Positions 8,441-19,038 of a stretch of 64,000 nucleotides of DNA are shown piece by piece. The DNA comes from an uncultured Anaerolineales bacterium. GTDB lineage: Bacteria; Chloroflexota; Anaerolineae; Anaerolineales; UBA11858. The position numbers and the translations under genes are program-made. The stretch lies in NCBI GenBank assembly GCA_964618295.1, contig CAZTWV010000010.1, positions 5,820 to 69,819 on the forward strand, written 5' to 3'. The notes under the pieces are model-generated. The model was not told the DNA's origin. It saw only the letters and a program-made list of their open reading frames with translations, and ran no database searches. Every line of letters starts with the position of its first letter. Positions within the stretch are counted from its first letter, which is position 1.

Positions 8441-10717
8441 ATGCCCTCTGAAAATCAATTATCTCGAATACAAAAAATAGATTGGCGTTTTGTTTTCAAG
8501 AATTCATTTTATTACCTGTTATTGATCTACTTGCTGTTAGCAGGCAGCCGAGGGGAATTAATTGCGAGAGAACTTGCAATTTTTTGGATCGATCTGATTC
8601 TGCTGTTTATTTTTGTTCTGATTTGGTTTCAGAAGATGTCACTACCCAGAGTCGAGCTTATTGACAGTAGACCGATCTATATATTTATGGCATTTATCGT
8701 TTTTGGATTTTTTTCAACCCTGCTCAATGATAGTTTGTGGAAATCAATAACGGATTTATTTGTCTGGGGTGCAGCTTTGTTTGCTATGTTGTTTTTCCAA
8801 TTTTTGCGCGGGAGCTGGAAGCAGATCGAGTTATTAGATCCAATCCTGGTACTAAGCTCAGTATTTCACACTGGGAAAATTGCTGGTTTTTTGCACTGGA
8901 TGATTGATTGGGCCCGCTATCTTCCAGGACAATACCAATACTTATTTAAATATCGAGGAGTTTCCCCAAACATTTCGTCTGCATTTGCAAATATTATATT
9001 CATTATTGCCTTGACACAAATCTTAGTGAATAACGAGAACAGAACTAAATGGATTTATTATTACACATCCGCCTCTGCTTTAGCAGTAATAATGATCTCA
9101 GGTTCGCGTGGAGGATTGATTGGCTGTGTGGTAGGGTTGAGTGCTGTTTTTTTAATCCGGTATTTTGTTCGGTTCGGCGAAAAACAAAAAAAACGAAAAA
9201 ATATATTAACCGCAATGATCTTGATGATGGGTTTACTTGGATTGGGAGTGATATTTTACTTTTCCATGAAAAGCGGGCGGGTTGGTTTGGCGGATCGGTT
9301 TGAGTTTTGGGTAGTGGCAGTTCAAAATTGGATTAAAAACCCATGGTTTGGTTCTGGAATAAACACAATTGGGGCTGAGATTCTCAGTATTCGGTCTGTT
9401 CCTCCAGTCCAACTTCACACACATGCCCATAATCTTTTCTTAAATTTGCTCAGTGAAGTTGGTTTGCTGGGTTTCTCAATATTCCTTGGCTTTACCGGAT
9501 ATTCAGTTTATCAATATTTACGGGAATACATTAATCATTCGGCACCGATGGCTCTAGGGTCCCTGGGAATGATAGCGGTCATCTTTGGGCACGGGTTGGT
9601 GGACACATTGTATATCGAGCCTTTTATTTTGTTCACCTGCTTATTGATTTTTGGAATTACAGCTCCAAAAGGAGCAAAAATTAATTCTATTGGGAAAGGA
9701 GCGGTTAATCTATTTTTTTGTGGGATTCTCGGAGTAGGTTTGTTTCTTGGAATTCATAAGAATCTATACGGGCGGGCGCTGAATTCTTTTGAGAGCGGTG
9801 ATTTTGAAAAAGGTGCAGAGCAGATGTCAAATATCCTTCTCTACGCAAATAAAAATGCCCTTGTTCAGCAGCAGTCGGGGATTTTCTTTAGCTACCTGGC
9901 TGATCAAGAAAGTGATCCTATTCTGAGGAATGATTATTTATTAGCTTCAATTCAGGGATTTGATAAAGCAGCTAGCTTGGAACCAAATTTTGGTGGACAT
10001 CATGCTAACCTTGGAATCATGTATTGGGAATATGGTAGACCGGAAAAGGCATTGGATCATTTAGCCATTTCCACTGTACTTGCCCCGGAATCAGTAATGT
10101 TTGTGCTGAATTCCGGAGTTGTGGCTGAAGAGGTTGGTAAGCTCTCAGCTGCAAAGGAATATTATGGGTGGCTGCTGGATAAAAGAGCCTGGATAGATTC
10201 ATCATTTTGGAAAGAGACGCAATTTAGGCAAAGAATTTTCTATAATTATCAGAAACAACAATGGATAGAGCAAGTGAGTGCGAACGATTCGCCCGAGGAA
10301 ACAGAAAGCCAATCTCAGGGACTTAATATTAGAGATAAAATCAGATATATTGAAGAATTAATTGACAACAATGAAATAGAGTTGGCTTATTTCACCTGGA
10401 ATCAGTTGAGAATGCAGCTTGGAAAAACAAAAAGTTTGGCGGTGGAAATGAAATGGTTAGAGGCTGATTTGGCCGCAGCTCAGGGCGATTTAACGAAAGC
10501 TGTATCAATGGGATCTGAAGCTGTGGATAACTGGCAAGCACAATCCTCTGTGGGCGCGGGGGGAATTGGGTATACAGACTATGGGATGAGATTTTTTCGC
10601 AGCAGTGCATATAAAGAGGATTTGGTTCCTTTTGGAAAAACATTCCCGATTACTGAAACCTGGGAAAGTAGATTAGTTGAATTAGAAGATTGGAAAGATA
10701 AAACCCAAAATGAATGA
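8441..10717 (+). CDS. O-antigen ligase / O-oligosaccharyltransferase (Wzy_C) family protein with C-terminal TPRs
   Basis: SGSRGGLIG, R..FW..A......PWFGSG and HAHNLFLNLLSEVGLLG signature of Wzy_C; TPR-like C-terminus (HANLGIMYWEYGRPEKALDHL). Confidence 0.8.
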   Translation: MPSENQLSRIQKIDWRFVFKNSFYYLLLIYLLLAGSRGELIARELAIFWIDLILLFIFVLIWFQKMSLPRVELIDSRPIYIFMAFIVFGFFSTLLNDSLWKSITDLFVWGAALFAMLFFQFLRGSWKQIELLDPILVLSSVFHTGKIAGFLHWMIDWARYLPGQYQYLFKYRGVSPNISSAFANIIFIIALTQILVNNENRTKWIYYYTSASALAVIMISGSRGGLIGCVVGLSAVFLIRYFVRFGEKQKKRKNILTAMILMMGLLGLGVIFYFSMKSGRVGLADRFEFWVVAVQNWIKNPWFGSGINTIGAEILSIRSVPPVQLHTHAHNLFLNLLSEVGLLGFSIFLGFTGYSVYQYLREYINHSAPMALGSLGMIAVIFGHGLVDTLYIEPFILFTCLLIFGITAPKGAKINSIGKGAVNLFFCGILGVGLFLGIHKNLYGRALNSFESGDFEKGAEQMSNILLYANKNALVQQQSGIFFSYLADQESDPILRNDYLLASIQGFDKAASLEPNFGGHHANLGIMYWEYGRPEKALDHLAISTVLAPESVMFVLNSGVVAEEVGKLSAAKEYYGWLLDKRAWIDSSFWKETQFRQRIFYNYQKQQWIEQVSANDSPEETESQSQGLNIRDKIRYIEELIDNNEIELAYFTWNQLRMQLGKTKSLAVEMKWLEADLAAAQGDLTKAVSMGSEAVDNWQAQSSVGAGGIGYTDYGMRFFRSSAYKEDLVPFGKTFPITETWESRLVELEDWKDKTQNE

Positions 10718-10760
10718 TAGCTGCTAAAACCTTATCCTCTTCGTAGGTCAGTGAAATTAA

Positions 10761-12380
10761 TTGCTTAACTGGTTGTCAAAAATGAACTCAAAATTTCGGT
10801 CAAATGAATCCGTTGAAAAGATAATTTTTTTGATAGCGTTTGGAACTGTGCTTTTGTTGGCAGGTTTCTTGCGATTTAAGAATATTTCCAGCAACCCCGG
10901 TTGGTACAGCGATGAGGGTACACTGGTTGAAATTGCACAAAATCTCCTGACTGGTAATGCGTCCTACCTGGGTTTAAATTCTTCAACTTTGATCGCTGCA
11001 CGACTTCCTTTATTCCCGTGGCTGCTGTCATTGATTTTTAAGATTTTTCCGCAGGAAATACAGACACTGAGATATTTTTCGGCAGGGCTTGGGGTGCTAG
11101 CAACTGCTTTGTTGTACTTCACTATCCGGAACATGGAGTTTAGATCCAGCAATTATTTAGCCCTGGCTGCTGCATTTTTTTATGCAATTTTTCCCCAGGC
11201 AGTACTGTTTAGTCGGATCGGGTTCTCCTACAACCTGCTGGCGCCGATAATAATCATAATTATCTGGATCAGCTGGAAATACCTTGAAAACCCAAAATGG
11301 GGATTAGCTGTCCTGGCAGGATTGATGATTGGAATTGGCAGTTTATCAGATTTGATAATGCTCTCTTTTGTGATTCCAGTCATCTTGATTGTTTTAAGCA
11401 GGGGAATAAAAAATACACTTATATCTGGTTTGGCAGCGTTTGTTCCAATAAGTGTATATGGTATTGCTGGTGTAATAAATAGCCCTGAGGCATATTTATT
11501 TGATGCCGGGTTTACTTTTTTCCGTTTGAGGCAGGTTCCGATTTTAGCTCAATATCCCTGTTCTATAAATTATTTCGTCACTTTGATCGATACTGAATAT
11601 TGGTGGGCCCTTGCCGTTGTAGGTTTCTTTATAATCAGAAATGAACGCTTAAAAAAGATTCTATTGCTGCTGTTTTTATTTCCCCTTCTCTCTTTGGGTA
11701 GAACAACTTGTTATCCCGGGCTGGGCTTGTATTACCTGATCCCTCTTTTACCTTTGGTATCGATAGGAGTTGGGAGTTTATTCGTCTTCGGGATACCTGA
11801 GGTCTTAAGATTTATCAATCAAAGTTTGGATAAATATCTCGATACTCTTGAGTGGCAAAAGGAAAATCGGAAGAAATACAAATTTAGAAAGTTTGTGATA
11901 TTTATTACCTCCTCGATCATAATATTCACCATCGCATTTTCTGTTCCTGTGATAACTCTTACAATGGATCTTTCCCAGGTGAGCTCGAGTTTAAAAAGTG
12001 AATATGAGCCAATTCTTCTAGATCCAATTAAAGGGAGATTAGCCCAGAGTTATATTAATTCAGTAATAGAGCCTGGGGATTTAGTAGTTACCTCCCCTAC
12101 CATCGCTTGGGGGATTGACTCTCGCACGACTGACTTTCAATTGACCCTGGCGTACAACGGAATTGAAACCAAGCATTTTCCACCAGACATCCCGAAAGAT
12201 CGTTTTGATTATTCTTTAGATTACAAATCTGCAACCTATATTGCGATTGATCCTGTCTGGAAAAATTGGGCTGTGCCAAATATGGAAGAAGTAGCAAGCA
12301 TGACAGCTGAAATCGAGCAGTGGCCGTTAGTTTACTTCAATGACCAAGTTGAAATTTACAGGAATCCGGATACAAGGTAA
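10761..12380 (+). CDS. GT-C fold glycosyltransferase (ArnT/PMT-like)
   Basis: LRFKNISSNPGWYSDEG motif after TM1, RLPLFPW, many TMs; start may be ATG 10782. Confidence 0.75.
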   Translation: MLNWLSKMNSKFRSNESVEKIIFLIAFGTVLLLAGFLRFKNISSNPGWYSDEGTLVEIAQNLLTGNASYLGLNSSTLIAARLPLFPWLLSLIFKIFPQEIQTLRYFSAGLGVLATALLYFTIRNMEFRSSNYLALAAAFFYAIFPQAVLFSRIGFSYNLLAPIIIIIIWISWKYLENPKWGLAVLAGLMIGIGSLSDLIMLSFVIPVILIVLSRGIKNTLISGLAAFVPISVYGIAGVINSPEAYLFDAGFTFFRLRQVPILAQYPCSINYFVTLIDTEYWWALAVVGFFIIRNERLKKILLLLFLFPLLSLGRTTCYPGLGLYYLIPLLPLVSIGVGSLFVFGIPEVLRFINQSLDKYLDTLEWQKENRKKYKFRKFVIFITSSIIIFTIAFSVPVITLTMDLSQVSSSLKSEYEPILLDPIKGRLAQSYINSVIEPGDLVVTSPTIAWGIDSRTTDFQLTLAYNGIETKHFPPDIPKDRFDYSLDYKSATYIAIDPVWKNWAVPNMEEVASMTAEIEQWPLVYFNDQVEIYRNPDTR

Positions 12381-12383
12381 ATA

Positions 12384-13571
12384 ATGAGGCAATCAAAACT
12401 CTTCAGGATTGAATCCCTGGAAATCAAAGCTGCTTGGATCTATTTCGCAGCCAGATTAATCCTAATCTTGTCCTTGCCCCTGGATGGTATTAAGTCCTAC
12501 GGGGATTTGTGGAATTTTTTTTCTCAGGCTGAACTCGGATTACCATTCATTAACTATTGGACAGAGTTTCCACCAATCTACCCCTGGATATCAAGATTGT
12601 TATATCAAATTGCTGGAGGGTCACAACATCGCTTTGATTACCTGAATATCCTATTCTTCTCTTTCCTTCAGGCATTGAATTTGTTCTTATTGTTAAAAAT
12701 TTCTGACCAGATTGGGAGAAGCCAAAGTCAGAAGCTGATTGGGGGGGCTGTTTACAGCGGATTGACAATTGGCCTTTTTTACACCTGGGCATATTTTGAT
12801 GTAATTGCAGTTGCGGCTTTGCTGGCAAGTATTTATTTTCTCTTTGACGACAAACCCCACAAGGTTGGTATATTAATAGCTGGTGGCGTTTTGACAAAAT
12901 GGTTTCCCCTGGCTTTGATCCCAGGTATTTGGAAAACAAAAAATTGGCGAACTTCGCTGAAGATTTCAATAACGGGAATCGGGATTGCCATATTAGTATG
13001 GGCTGGGCTTTTCTTAATTAATCCAGAAATGACTTCGGCTTCAATCCAATCCCAGGCGGTAAAAGGTTCATGGGAAACTGTTTGGGCGTTGTTGGACGGC
13101 AACCTCAACACAGGAAATTTTCCAAATGAGGTCAATCGATTGGACCCTGGTTCAGTTAATTTGAGTTCAAATAACCCCAGTTTGATACCTTCCTGGATAA
13201 CATTGATCGTGTTCGGCGGAGCTGGATTGATTCTTCTGATTCAATCCAAAATCAATACTAGAAAGGAATACCTTGCGTTCTCCGGGCTTACATTTGTGAT
13301 TATGTTCTTGTGGAGTCCCGGTTACAGTCCTCAGTGGGTGCAGTATTTGCTTCCCGTAATAATTCTAGCTGTACCCGCAAAGCAGTCAGTTTTGTTCTCT
13401 GCGGCACTGATTCTAATCAATCTTGCTGAATGGCCTCTCCTGCTTTCCAGGGGGCGTTTTGAGGATTTGTACTGGTTGATCCCTGTTCGAACTCTGGTGC
13501 TGATCTTGTTGGGGATGATATTCTACCAGCAGACCATAGAAGATCCTGCAATTGCCGGGGGTGTGGATTGA
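12384..13571 (+). CDS. GT87/DUF2029-like membrane glycosyltransferase
   Basis: WTEFPPIY (EYPP-like), FDVIAV, GVLTKWFP and YSPQWVQY motifs typical of the DUF2029/GT87 group. Confidence 0.7.
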   Translation: MRQSKLFRIESLEIKAAWIYFAARLILILSLPLDGIKSYGDLWNFFSQAELGLPFINYWTEFPPIYPWISRLLYQIAGGSQHRFDYLNILFFSFLQALNLFLLLKISDQIGRSQSQKLIGGAVYSGLTIGLFYTWAYFDVIAVAALLASIYFLFDDKPHKVGILIAGGVLTKWFPLALIPGIWKTKNWRTSLKISITGIGIAILVWAGLFLINPEMTSASIQSQAVKGSWETVWALLDGNLNTGNFPNEVNRLDPGSVNLSSNNPSLIPSWITLIVFGGAGLILLIQSKINTRKEYLAFSGLTFVIMFLWSPGYSPQWVQYLLPVIILAVPAKQSVLFSAALILINLAEWPLLLSRGRFEDLYWLIPVRTLVLILLGMIFYQQTIEDPAIAGGVD

Positions 13572-14809
13572 ATCAGCAGAAATATCAACTTCGCTGGTTT
13601 GCACTGCTCCTGATAATAATGGCGCTATTTTTCGTAGGTTTATTGTGGGTAAACTATCAATTTGCTAACTCAGCTGTAGGAAAGGGTGGGTTCATAATCC
13701 GGTATTCAGGTGCAAAGGCATTGTTAAAAAGTGGTCTTAACCCTTATTCAGGGGAGCTTTTGCAGTGGTTTTATCAGCAGCAGTATCAAATTTATTCTGG
13801 GATTGGGGGTGAGAAGTTTGTTTTAGAGATACCCCTTTATTCACTTTTCGTTTATGCGCCCTTAATTTTTTTGAAAAATCCTGTCCATGCTCAGGCAATC
13901 TGGATGATGCTCCAGGAAATTGCGGTGATTGGATTAGTTTTTGTAGTTCTTGACGTATACGAATGGTCGCCATCCGCCTGGGTAAAAGGGGTATTACTGT
14001 TTGTTGCTATAGCCTTTTACCATACAATTCAAGGAATAATTGAAGGCGGCTTATTCATACTTGTTACCTTACTGCTTGGCTTGATGCTGAAGTGCATCAA
14101 AACGGGACAGGATGAACTAACTGGATTGATCTTGGCTTCCATGCTTATTACACCAGCAACAAGCGCTGGCGTGATAATTTTTACTTTGTTTTTTGGTGTT
14201 TTCCAGAAACGCTTCCGGATAATTTTTACTTTCTTAGGTGCTTTTGGAGTATTGTTCGTTGTGAGTTATTTCGTTTTTCCCGGATGGCTCCTAAACTATA
14301 TTCGGGTTCTTTTTGTAGGAGGTCATTTCAATCCAGGACAAGCACTTGCAGGAAAAATCGCGCAGATCACCCCCGGTATTTTTTCCCAGCTTAGGTTAAT
14401 ACTTCTAATGGGTTTTGGAGGACTGCTGCTGCATGAATGGTATTCATTCAAAAGGGCTCAGTTTGACGGTTTTTTGTGGTGCGTGATGGTAACTGCCGTG
14501 ATTGGAAGTTTTTTAATTCCTGGAAAGAATTCAACATCTTACATCTTACTTATACCTGGTTTAATGCTTATAATGCGGGGGATTTATTCAAGGTGGTCTA
14601 ATGCAGGTGATTGGATAGTGGTCATGTTGTGGGTGTCAGCTTTTGTTATTGTTTGGTTGGTTTTTTTGATTTCTGGGCAGGAAGTATATTTTCCAATGCA
14701 AAAAGAGATAATGTTTTTTGTTGTGCCCGTGATGGGTTTGATTGGTTTGTATTGGATTAAGTGGTGGGTTTTGCTGCCTACCCGCTCAATCCTGGGCCGG
14801 GATTTATGA
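13568..14809 (+). CDS. GT87/DUF2029-like membrane protein (divergent)
   Basis: A.ALLKSGLNPYS and PLYSLFVYAPL..L....AQAIW pattern; polytopic; 4-bp overlaps with both neighbours. Confidence 0.55.
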   Translation: MNQQKYQLRWFALLLIIMALFFVGLLWVNYQFANSAVGKGGFIIRYSGAKALLKSGLNPYSGELLQWFYQQQYQIYSGIGGEKFVLEIPLYSLFVYAPLIFLKNPVHAQAIWMMLQEIAVIGLVFVVLDVYEWSPSAWVKGVLLFVAIAFYHTIQGIIEGGLFILVTLLLGLMLKCIKTGQDELTGLILASMLITPATSAGVIIFTLFFGVFQKRFRIIFTFLGAFGVLFVVSYFVFPGWLLNYIRVLFVGGHFNPGQALAGKIAQITPGIFSQLRLILLMGFGGLLLHEWYSFKRAQFDGFLWCVMVTAVIGSFLIPGKNSTSYILLIPGLMLIMRGIYSRWSNAGDWIVVMLWVSAFVIVWLVFLISGQEVYFPMQKEIMFFVVPVMGLIGLYWIKWWVLLPTRSILGRDL

Positions 14810-16368
14810 AAAGTAAAGATTTGATTATCCTGTATGTGCTTGGGATGGCTGTATTGATTGTTGCGGCTAGTTTTCAAAACTCACCTGGTTACATGGATGC
14901 GGAATACTACGCATCCATTGCCAGAAGAATTGCTGGCGGGGACGGAATCACAGAACCATTTGTTTGGAATTATTTAGGTGGGAAGCCGGAATTACCCATG
15001 CCCGCGTTTCAATACTGGAAACCTCTGCCGTCCCTGGCGGCAGCCTTAAGTATGCATCTGTTCCAATCACTGTCATTTAATGCAGGAAGAGGCTTGTTGA
15101 TTCTAGCGGCATCATTTTCGCCGGTTCTGACAGCAATTTTCGCGTATCAATTTAGCGGCGAGAGAAAGATAGCTTTTATTGGGGGTATATTTGCTTGTTT
15201 CCCCGCATTTTATCTTCCATTTTTGACCACAACGGATTCTTTTGCTTTGTACATTCTGGGAGGAGGGGTGATATTCTATCTTCTTAACCGAGATTATTCC
15301 GGATTGGAAGTGATATTGATTGGTGTGGTTAGTGGATTAATGGGGTTAACAAGAGCAGAAGGGTTGATCTGGTTGGGAATTAGCGGGCTTGGAATTCTCT
15401 TAAAAGGAAAGAAAAAGTTTCAAAACTTCTTATTTCTCGGGTTTGGAGCTTTATCAGTCTGGCTGCCATGGACCCTATGGAACCAGTTGGTGCTTGGGAA
15501 TAGTGGAGCAGTTGAGGGACTGAAAACCCTTTGGTTAACATCCTACAATGAAATTTTTTCATACCAGGTGGATTTGATAAATTTTAACTCCTGGGTGGAA
15601 TCCGGGTTTCGATCTATCCTGTTGGACCGGGCATCTTCCACCTGGGCCAATTTTAAAACATTGCTTTTTGTTCAGGGTCAGATTTTACTTGTGCCTTTTG
15701 TTATTGCAGGTTTAATCAAGAACCGGAATAATACAACTGTTCAGGCTGCCTTGATTGGATTGGGAACTTCATTCGCGGTGATGAGCATTTTGTTTCCGTA
15801 TGCGGGCAAAAGGGGCGGGTATTTTCATTCAGGGGCAGGTTGGCAAATCTTTATTTGGGTTTTGAGTGCTTGTGGTTTTTCCGACATAATTAAAAGAGGA
15901 AAACAAGCATTAAACTGGAAAGATCCCAAAGCTTTTGATGTCTTTGGCGCGGGACTGATTGTAATTTTAGCGGCGGTCAGTGCCTATACTGCTTTTGACA
16001 AGTTAGGAGTTGCAGGAGGGCAAACCACGCGGTGGGATCAAGATTATGAAAACTTTTTACTGATTGGGTCTGAACTGGAAAAGATTGGACTTGAAAAAAC
16101 GGATCTCGTTTTGATTAACAATCCCCCGGGATTGTATTTTGCGGCAAATCAGTGGAGTATTGTTATCCCTGACGGGGGTATAGATGATTTGCTTCAAGCA
16201 GCAGAAGATTATAACGCTCAATATTTGATTCTGGAAAAAAACCATCCGGATGGGTTGGATGATTTATACTCCCTGCCCGCGAATAATGAGGATGAGAGAT
16301 TGAAATTTCTGTTCTCCTCTAACGGTAATCATTTTTTCAAGATTTTCCCTGGGGAGGATAGTGGATAA
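14806..16368 (+). CDS. GT-C fold glycosyltransferase (GT39/PMT-like)
   Basis: PGYMDAEYYASIARRIAGGDG, YWKPLPS and LTRAEG motifs; ATG 14806 overlaps the previous stop (ATGA). Confidence 0.7.
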   Translation: MKSKDLIILYVLGMAVLIVAASFQNSPGYMDAEYYASIARRIAGGDGITEPFVWNYLGGKPELPMPAFQYWKPLPSLAAALSMHLFQSLSFNAGRGLLILAASFSPVLTAIFAYQFSGERKIAFIGGIFACFPAFYLPFLTTTDSFALYILGGGVIFYLLNRDYSGLEVILIGVVSGLMGLTRAEGLIWLGISGLGILLKGKKKFQNFLFLGFGALSVWLPWTLWNQLVLGNSGAVEGLKTLWLTSYNEIFSYQVDLINFNSWVESGFRSILLDRASSTWANFKTLLFVQGQILLVPFVIAGLIKNRNNTTVQAALIGLGTSFAVMSILFPYAGKRGGYFHSGAGWQIFIWVLSACGFSDIIKRGKQALNWKDPKAFDVFGAGLIVILAAVSAYTAFDKLGVAGGQTTRWDQDYENFLLIGSELEKIGLEKTDLVLINNPPGLYFAANQWSIVIPDGGIDDLLQAAEDYNAQYLILEKNHPDGLDDLYSLPANNEDERLKFLFSSNGNHFFKIFPGEDSG

Positions 16369-17836
16369 GTCGCGAAGAGTCAAGAAAGAATTTATTCTGT
16401 TTTCTTTATTCGCCCTGTTAGCTCTGGGTGGGTATTTCTTTTGGAGCTCACAGGTCTACAGAATAGGATATCCGCTTGATGACGCCTGGATCCACCAGAC
16501 TTACGCAAGAAATTTTGCACAAACAGGTCAATGGGTTTATTCGCCTGGTCAAACTTCAGGTGGGTCCACAGGCCCAATTTGGGGATTTTTATTGGCAGTG
16601 CTTCATCTTGTTAGACTGCCGGAAATTGCCGGAACGGCTGTTCTGGGTTGGTTCTTACTGATCTGGACAACAGTTTTTACATTAAACTTGGTTCTAGAGT
16701 TTAAACCTGATTTGAAAATACATAGAATATTTATTGGGGGGATTGTAATATTTGAGTGGCATCTGGTCTGGTCAGCAGGTTCTGGGATGGAGACGTTATT
16801 GTTTAGCTTGATAGCTATTTCTGTGATTTATTTGACCGGGAAACCTGATCGCAGCGTATTCTTAATTGGGTTTCTGGCTGGGCTCAGTGTCTGGGTTCGG
16901 CCAGGAGGATTAACTCTGATCGGACCGGTCTTGTTTGTAATGGTGTTTTCAGATCTTGATCAAAAAATTAAAAATATTTCTTATGCGATCACGGGTTTTC
17001 TTACCCCGATAATTCCTTATTTTTTGTTTAATTATTTTGTGGTTGGAGATTTCTGGCCAAATACTTTTTTTGCAAAGCAGGCTGAATACGCTGAACTGCT
17101 AAAGCTTCCATTTTTCAATAGATTCTGGACCGTATTTAACCAACTTCTGGTTGGGGTTGGAATTCTTCTGTTTCCCGGTTTAATTGAGAAAGTAAGGATT
17201 GCCGTCAAATCCAAAAATTGGCAAGTCCTTGGAGCCGCATGTTGGTTGTTTGGGTATTTAGGGATATATGTGTTAAAGCTGCCGGTGGATTATCAGCACG
17301 GAAGGTATGTGATACCTGTGGTACCCATTTATCTTGGACTCGGGCTGGCAGGAAGCGCAGAGATATTTAGTTGGAATTCTGAAATAGCCTGGCGCAGAAT
17401 ACTTGGACGTTTGTTCTGGACAAGCGTGGCGGCAGTCAGCCTGGTGTTCTGGATTAAGGGTGCGGATGCCTATGCCCGAGATGTGGCAGTGATCGAGGCT
17501 GAAATGGTGGAAACTGCTTTGTGGATCAATCAAAACTTAGAAGAAAATGCCGTGATTGCCGCACATGATATAGGCGCCTTGGGATATTTTGGGAACCGGG
17601 AAATCATTGATTTGGCAGGTTTGATAACTCCGGACGTGATTCCAATTATCAGGAATGAAGCGGCGTTATCGGCTTATTTGGATCTGAAAAAAGCAGATTA
17701 TCTGATGACTTTTCCCGATTGGTATCAGCAGTTAAATGACGGGCTTCCTATAGTTTATAGATCTAAAGGTAAATTCGCTCCCCAATTTGGAGCTGAAAAT
17801 ATGACAATTTACAGCTGGCAGTTAAAAGGAGAATAA
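16361..17836 (+). CDS. GT-C fold glycosyltransferase-like membrane protein
   Basis: YPLDDAWIHQTYARNFA, SGMETLLF, VRPGG, PNTFFAK, GRY and DIGALGY...IIDLAGLI motifs. Confidence 0.7.
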   Translation: MDKSRRVKKEFILFSLFALLALGGYFFWSSQVYRIGYPLDDAWIHQTYARNFAQTGQWVYSPGQTSGGSTGPIWGFLLAVLHLVRLPEIAGTAVLGWFLLIWTTVFTLNLVLEFKPDLKIHRIFIGGIVIFEWHLVWSAGSGMETLLFSLIAISVIYLTGKPDRSVFLIGFLAGLSVWVRPGGLTLIGPVLFVMVFSDLDQKIKNISYAITGFLTPIIPYFLFNYFVVGDFWPNTFFAKQAEYAELLKLPFFNRFWTVFNQLLVGVGILLFPGLIEKVRIAVKSKNWQVLGAACWLFGYLGIYVLKLPVDYQHGRYVIPVVPIYLGLGLAGSAEIFSWNSEIAWRRILGRLFWTSVAAVSLVFWIKGADAYARDVAVIEAEMVETALWINQNLEENAVIAAHDIGALGYFGNREIIDLAGLITPDVIPIIRNEAALSAYLDLKKADYLMTFPDWYQQLNDGLPIVYRSKGKFAPQFGAENMTIYSWQLKGE

Positions 17837-17865
17837 TTTTCCGACAAAAAGCGGGAAAGGGAGGT

Positions 17866-17894
17866 TTGCTGGGGGATATTTACTGTGCTATACT
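17866..17894 (+). promoter_or_regulatory. Sigma70-type promoter with extended -10 for the kinase gene
   Basis: TTGCTG-17 bp-TATACT with TG at -15/-14. Confidence 0.5.
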
Positions 17895-17930
17895 CTCAAT
17901 TGACAAGAATTTTTCCAGGAGCGGAATACC

Positions 17931-18992
17931 ATGGTTTTGAAAGACTTTGAAGAAAAAAAGAAAAATACTGAACAGCTGCAGGAGAGTATTGAGTCCAAAA
18001 TAAACCAGGCGAAGCTGAAACTGGAAAATATTACAAAAAAATTAATGCAGAGCCAGCAGGAAGTAGACAAACTAGCACAAAAAAATGTCACCAATTCCAA
18101 CAGCATTCGTAAAATTAAGGATGACCCAGTCGGGTTTAGTAAGGACCAGATCAGGGAAGTATACAACCAGGCACTTGAAGATCAACAGCGCTTATTTGTG
18201 ATGCGAGGGCAAATGGACAAGCTCAAAGGGGAACAGGTCCATCTGCAAGATTTTATCAACCAGATGCAGGAAATTGGAGATTATTTTTTACGGACGCCGA
18301 TGCTGGAAGAAGGGGATGAGGAATTAAATGCAGCGGAATTGATTGAATCAGTGATCCAGGCTCAGGAGGCAGAAAGACATAAACTTTCCCGGAAGATGCA
18401 CGATGGTCCTGCCCAGGCACTTTCAAACTTTATCCTTCAAGCCGAAATAGCCCAGCGGTTGTTTGACATGGATCTTGATCAAGCCAGAGATGAACTAGAT
18501 GAACTGAAAGCTACAGCAAGCTCAACATTTGTGAAAGTACGGGATTTTATTTTCGAGCTGCGGCCAATGATGTTGGATGACTTAGGTTTGGTACCAACTC
18601 TTCGCCATTACATGGAATCATTTAAAGATCAGAATAATTTCGATGTAAACTTTACAGCTACCGGAACTGAAAGACGGCTGGATGGTTATTTGGAAATAAT
18701 GATTTTTAGAGCTGTCCAGGAATTATTAAGCAATGCTACCCGGCACAGTGAGGCCAGTTCAATAAAAATCCATGTTGATACAGGCGAAGAATCAATTTCA
18801 GTAAATGTAGAGGATAATGGTAACGGGTTTGATGCTGAAAAAGCTATGGATGGAAGCATGGGGTTAAAAGTGATCAAGGATCGGGTAGAGATCCTTCAGG
18901 GGGAATTTAATCTTGATACAGCGATGGGACAGGGGACCCGGGTTTCGTTCAGCATACCTGCGGGTACAGAAGGGCAGGGGGTCTTTGCATAA
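17931..18992 (+). CDS. DegS-like soluble sensor histidine kinase (coiled-coil + HisKA_3 + HATPase_c)
   Basis: EAERHKLSRKMHDGPAQALSN H-box, LRPMMLDDLGLVP, FRAVQELLSNATRH, DNGNGF and GQGT motifs; no TM. Confidence 0.85.
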   Translation: MVLKDFEEKKKNTEQLQESIESKINQAKLKLENITKKLMQSQQEVDKLAQKNVTNSNSIRKIKDDPVGFSKDQIREVYNQALEDQQRLFVMRGQMDKLKGEQVHLQDFINQMQEIGDYFLRTPMLEEGDEELNAAELIESVIQAQEAERHKLSRKMHDGPAQALSNFILQAEIAQRLFDMDLDQARDELDELKATASSTFVKVRDFIFELRPMMLDDLGLVPTLRHYMESFKDQNNFDVNFTATGTERRLDGYLEIMIFRAVQELLSNATRHSEASSIKIHVDTGEESISVNVEDNGNGFDAEKAMDGSMGLKVIKDRVEILQGEFNLDTAMGQGTRVSFSIPAGTEGQGVFA

Positions 18993-19009
18993 TTGTAAGG
19001 CCGGAGATA

Positions 19010-19038
19010 TTGCAAACATCCACTATATTCTATATAAT
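19010..19038 (+). promoter_or_regulatory. Sigma70-type promoter of flp
   Basis: TTGCAA-17 bp-TATAAT. Confidence 0.65.

Noticed and set aside
3871-17836. Standard O-antigen or capsule locus
   Set aside because: Lacks an initiating transferase, Wzx/Wzz, soluble glycosyltransferases and nucleotide-sugar enzymes.
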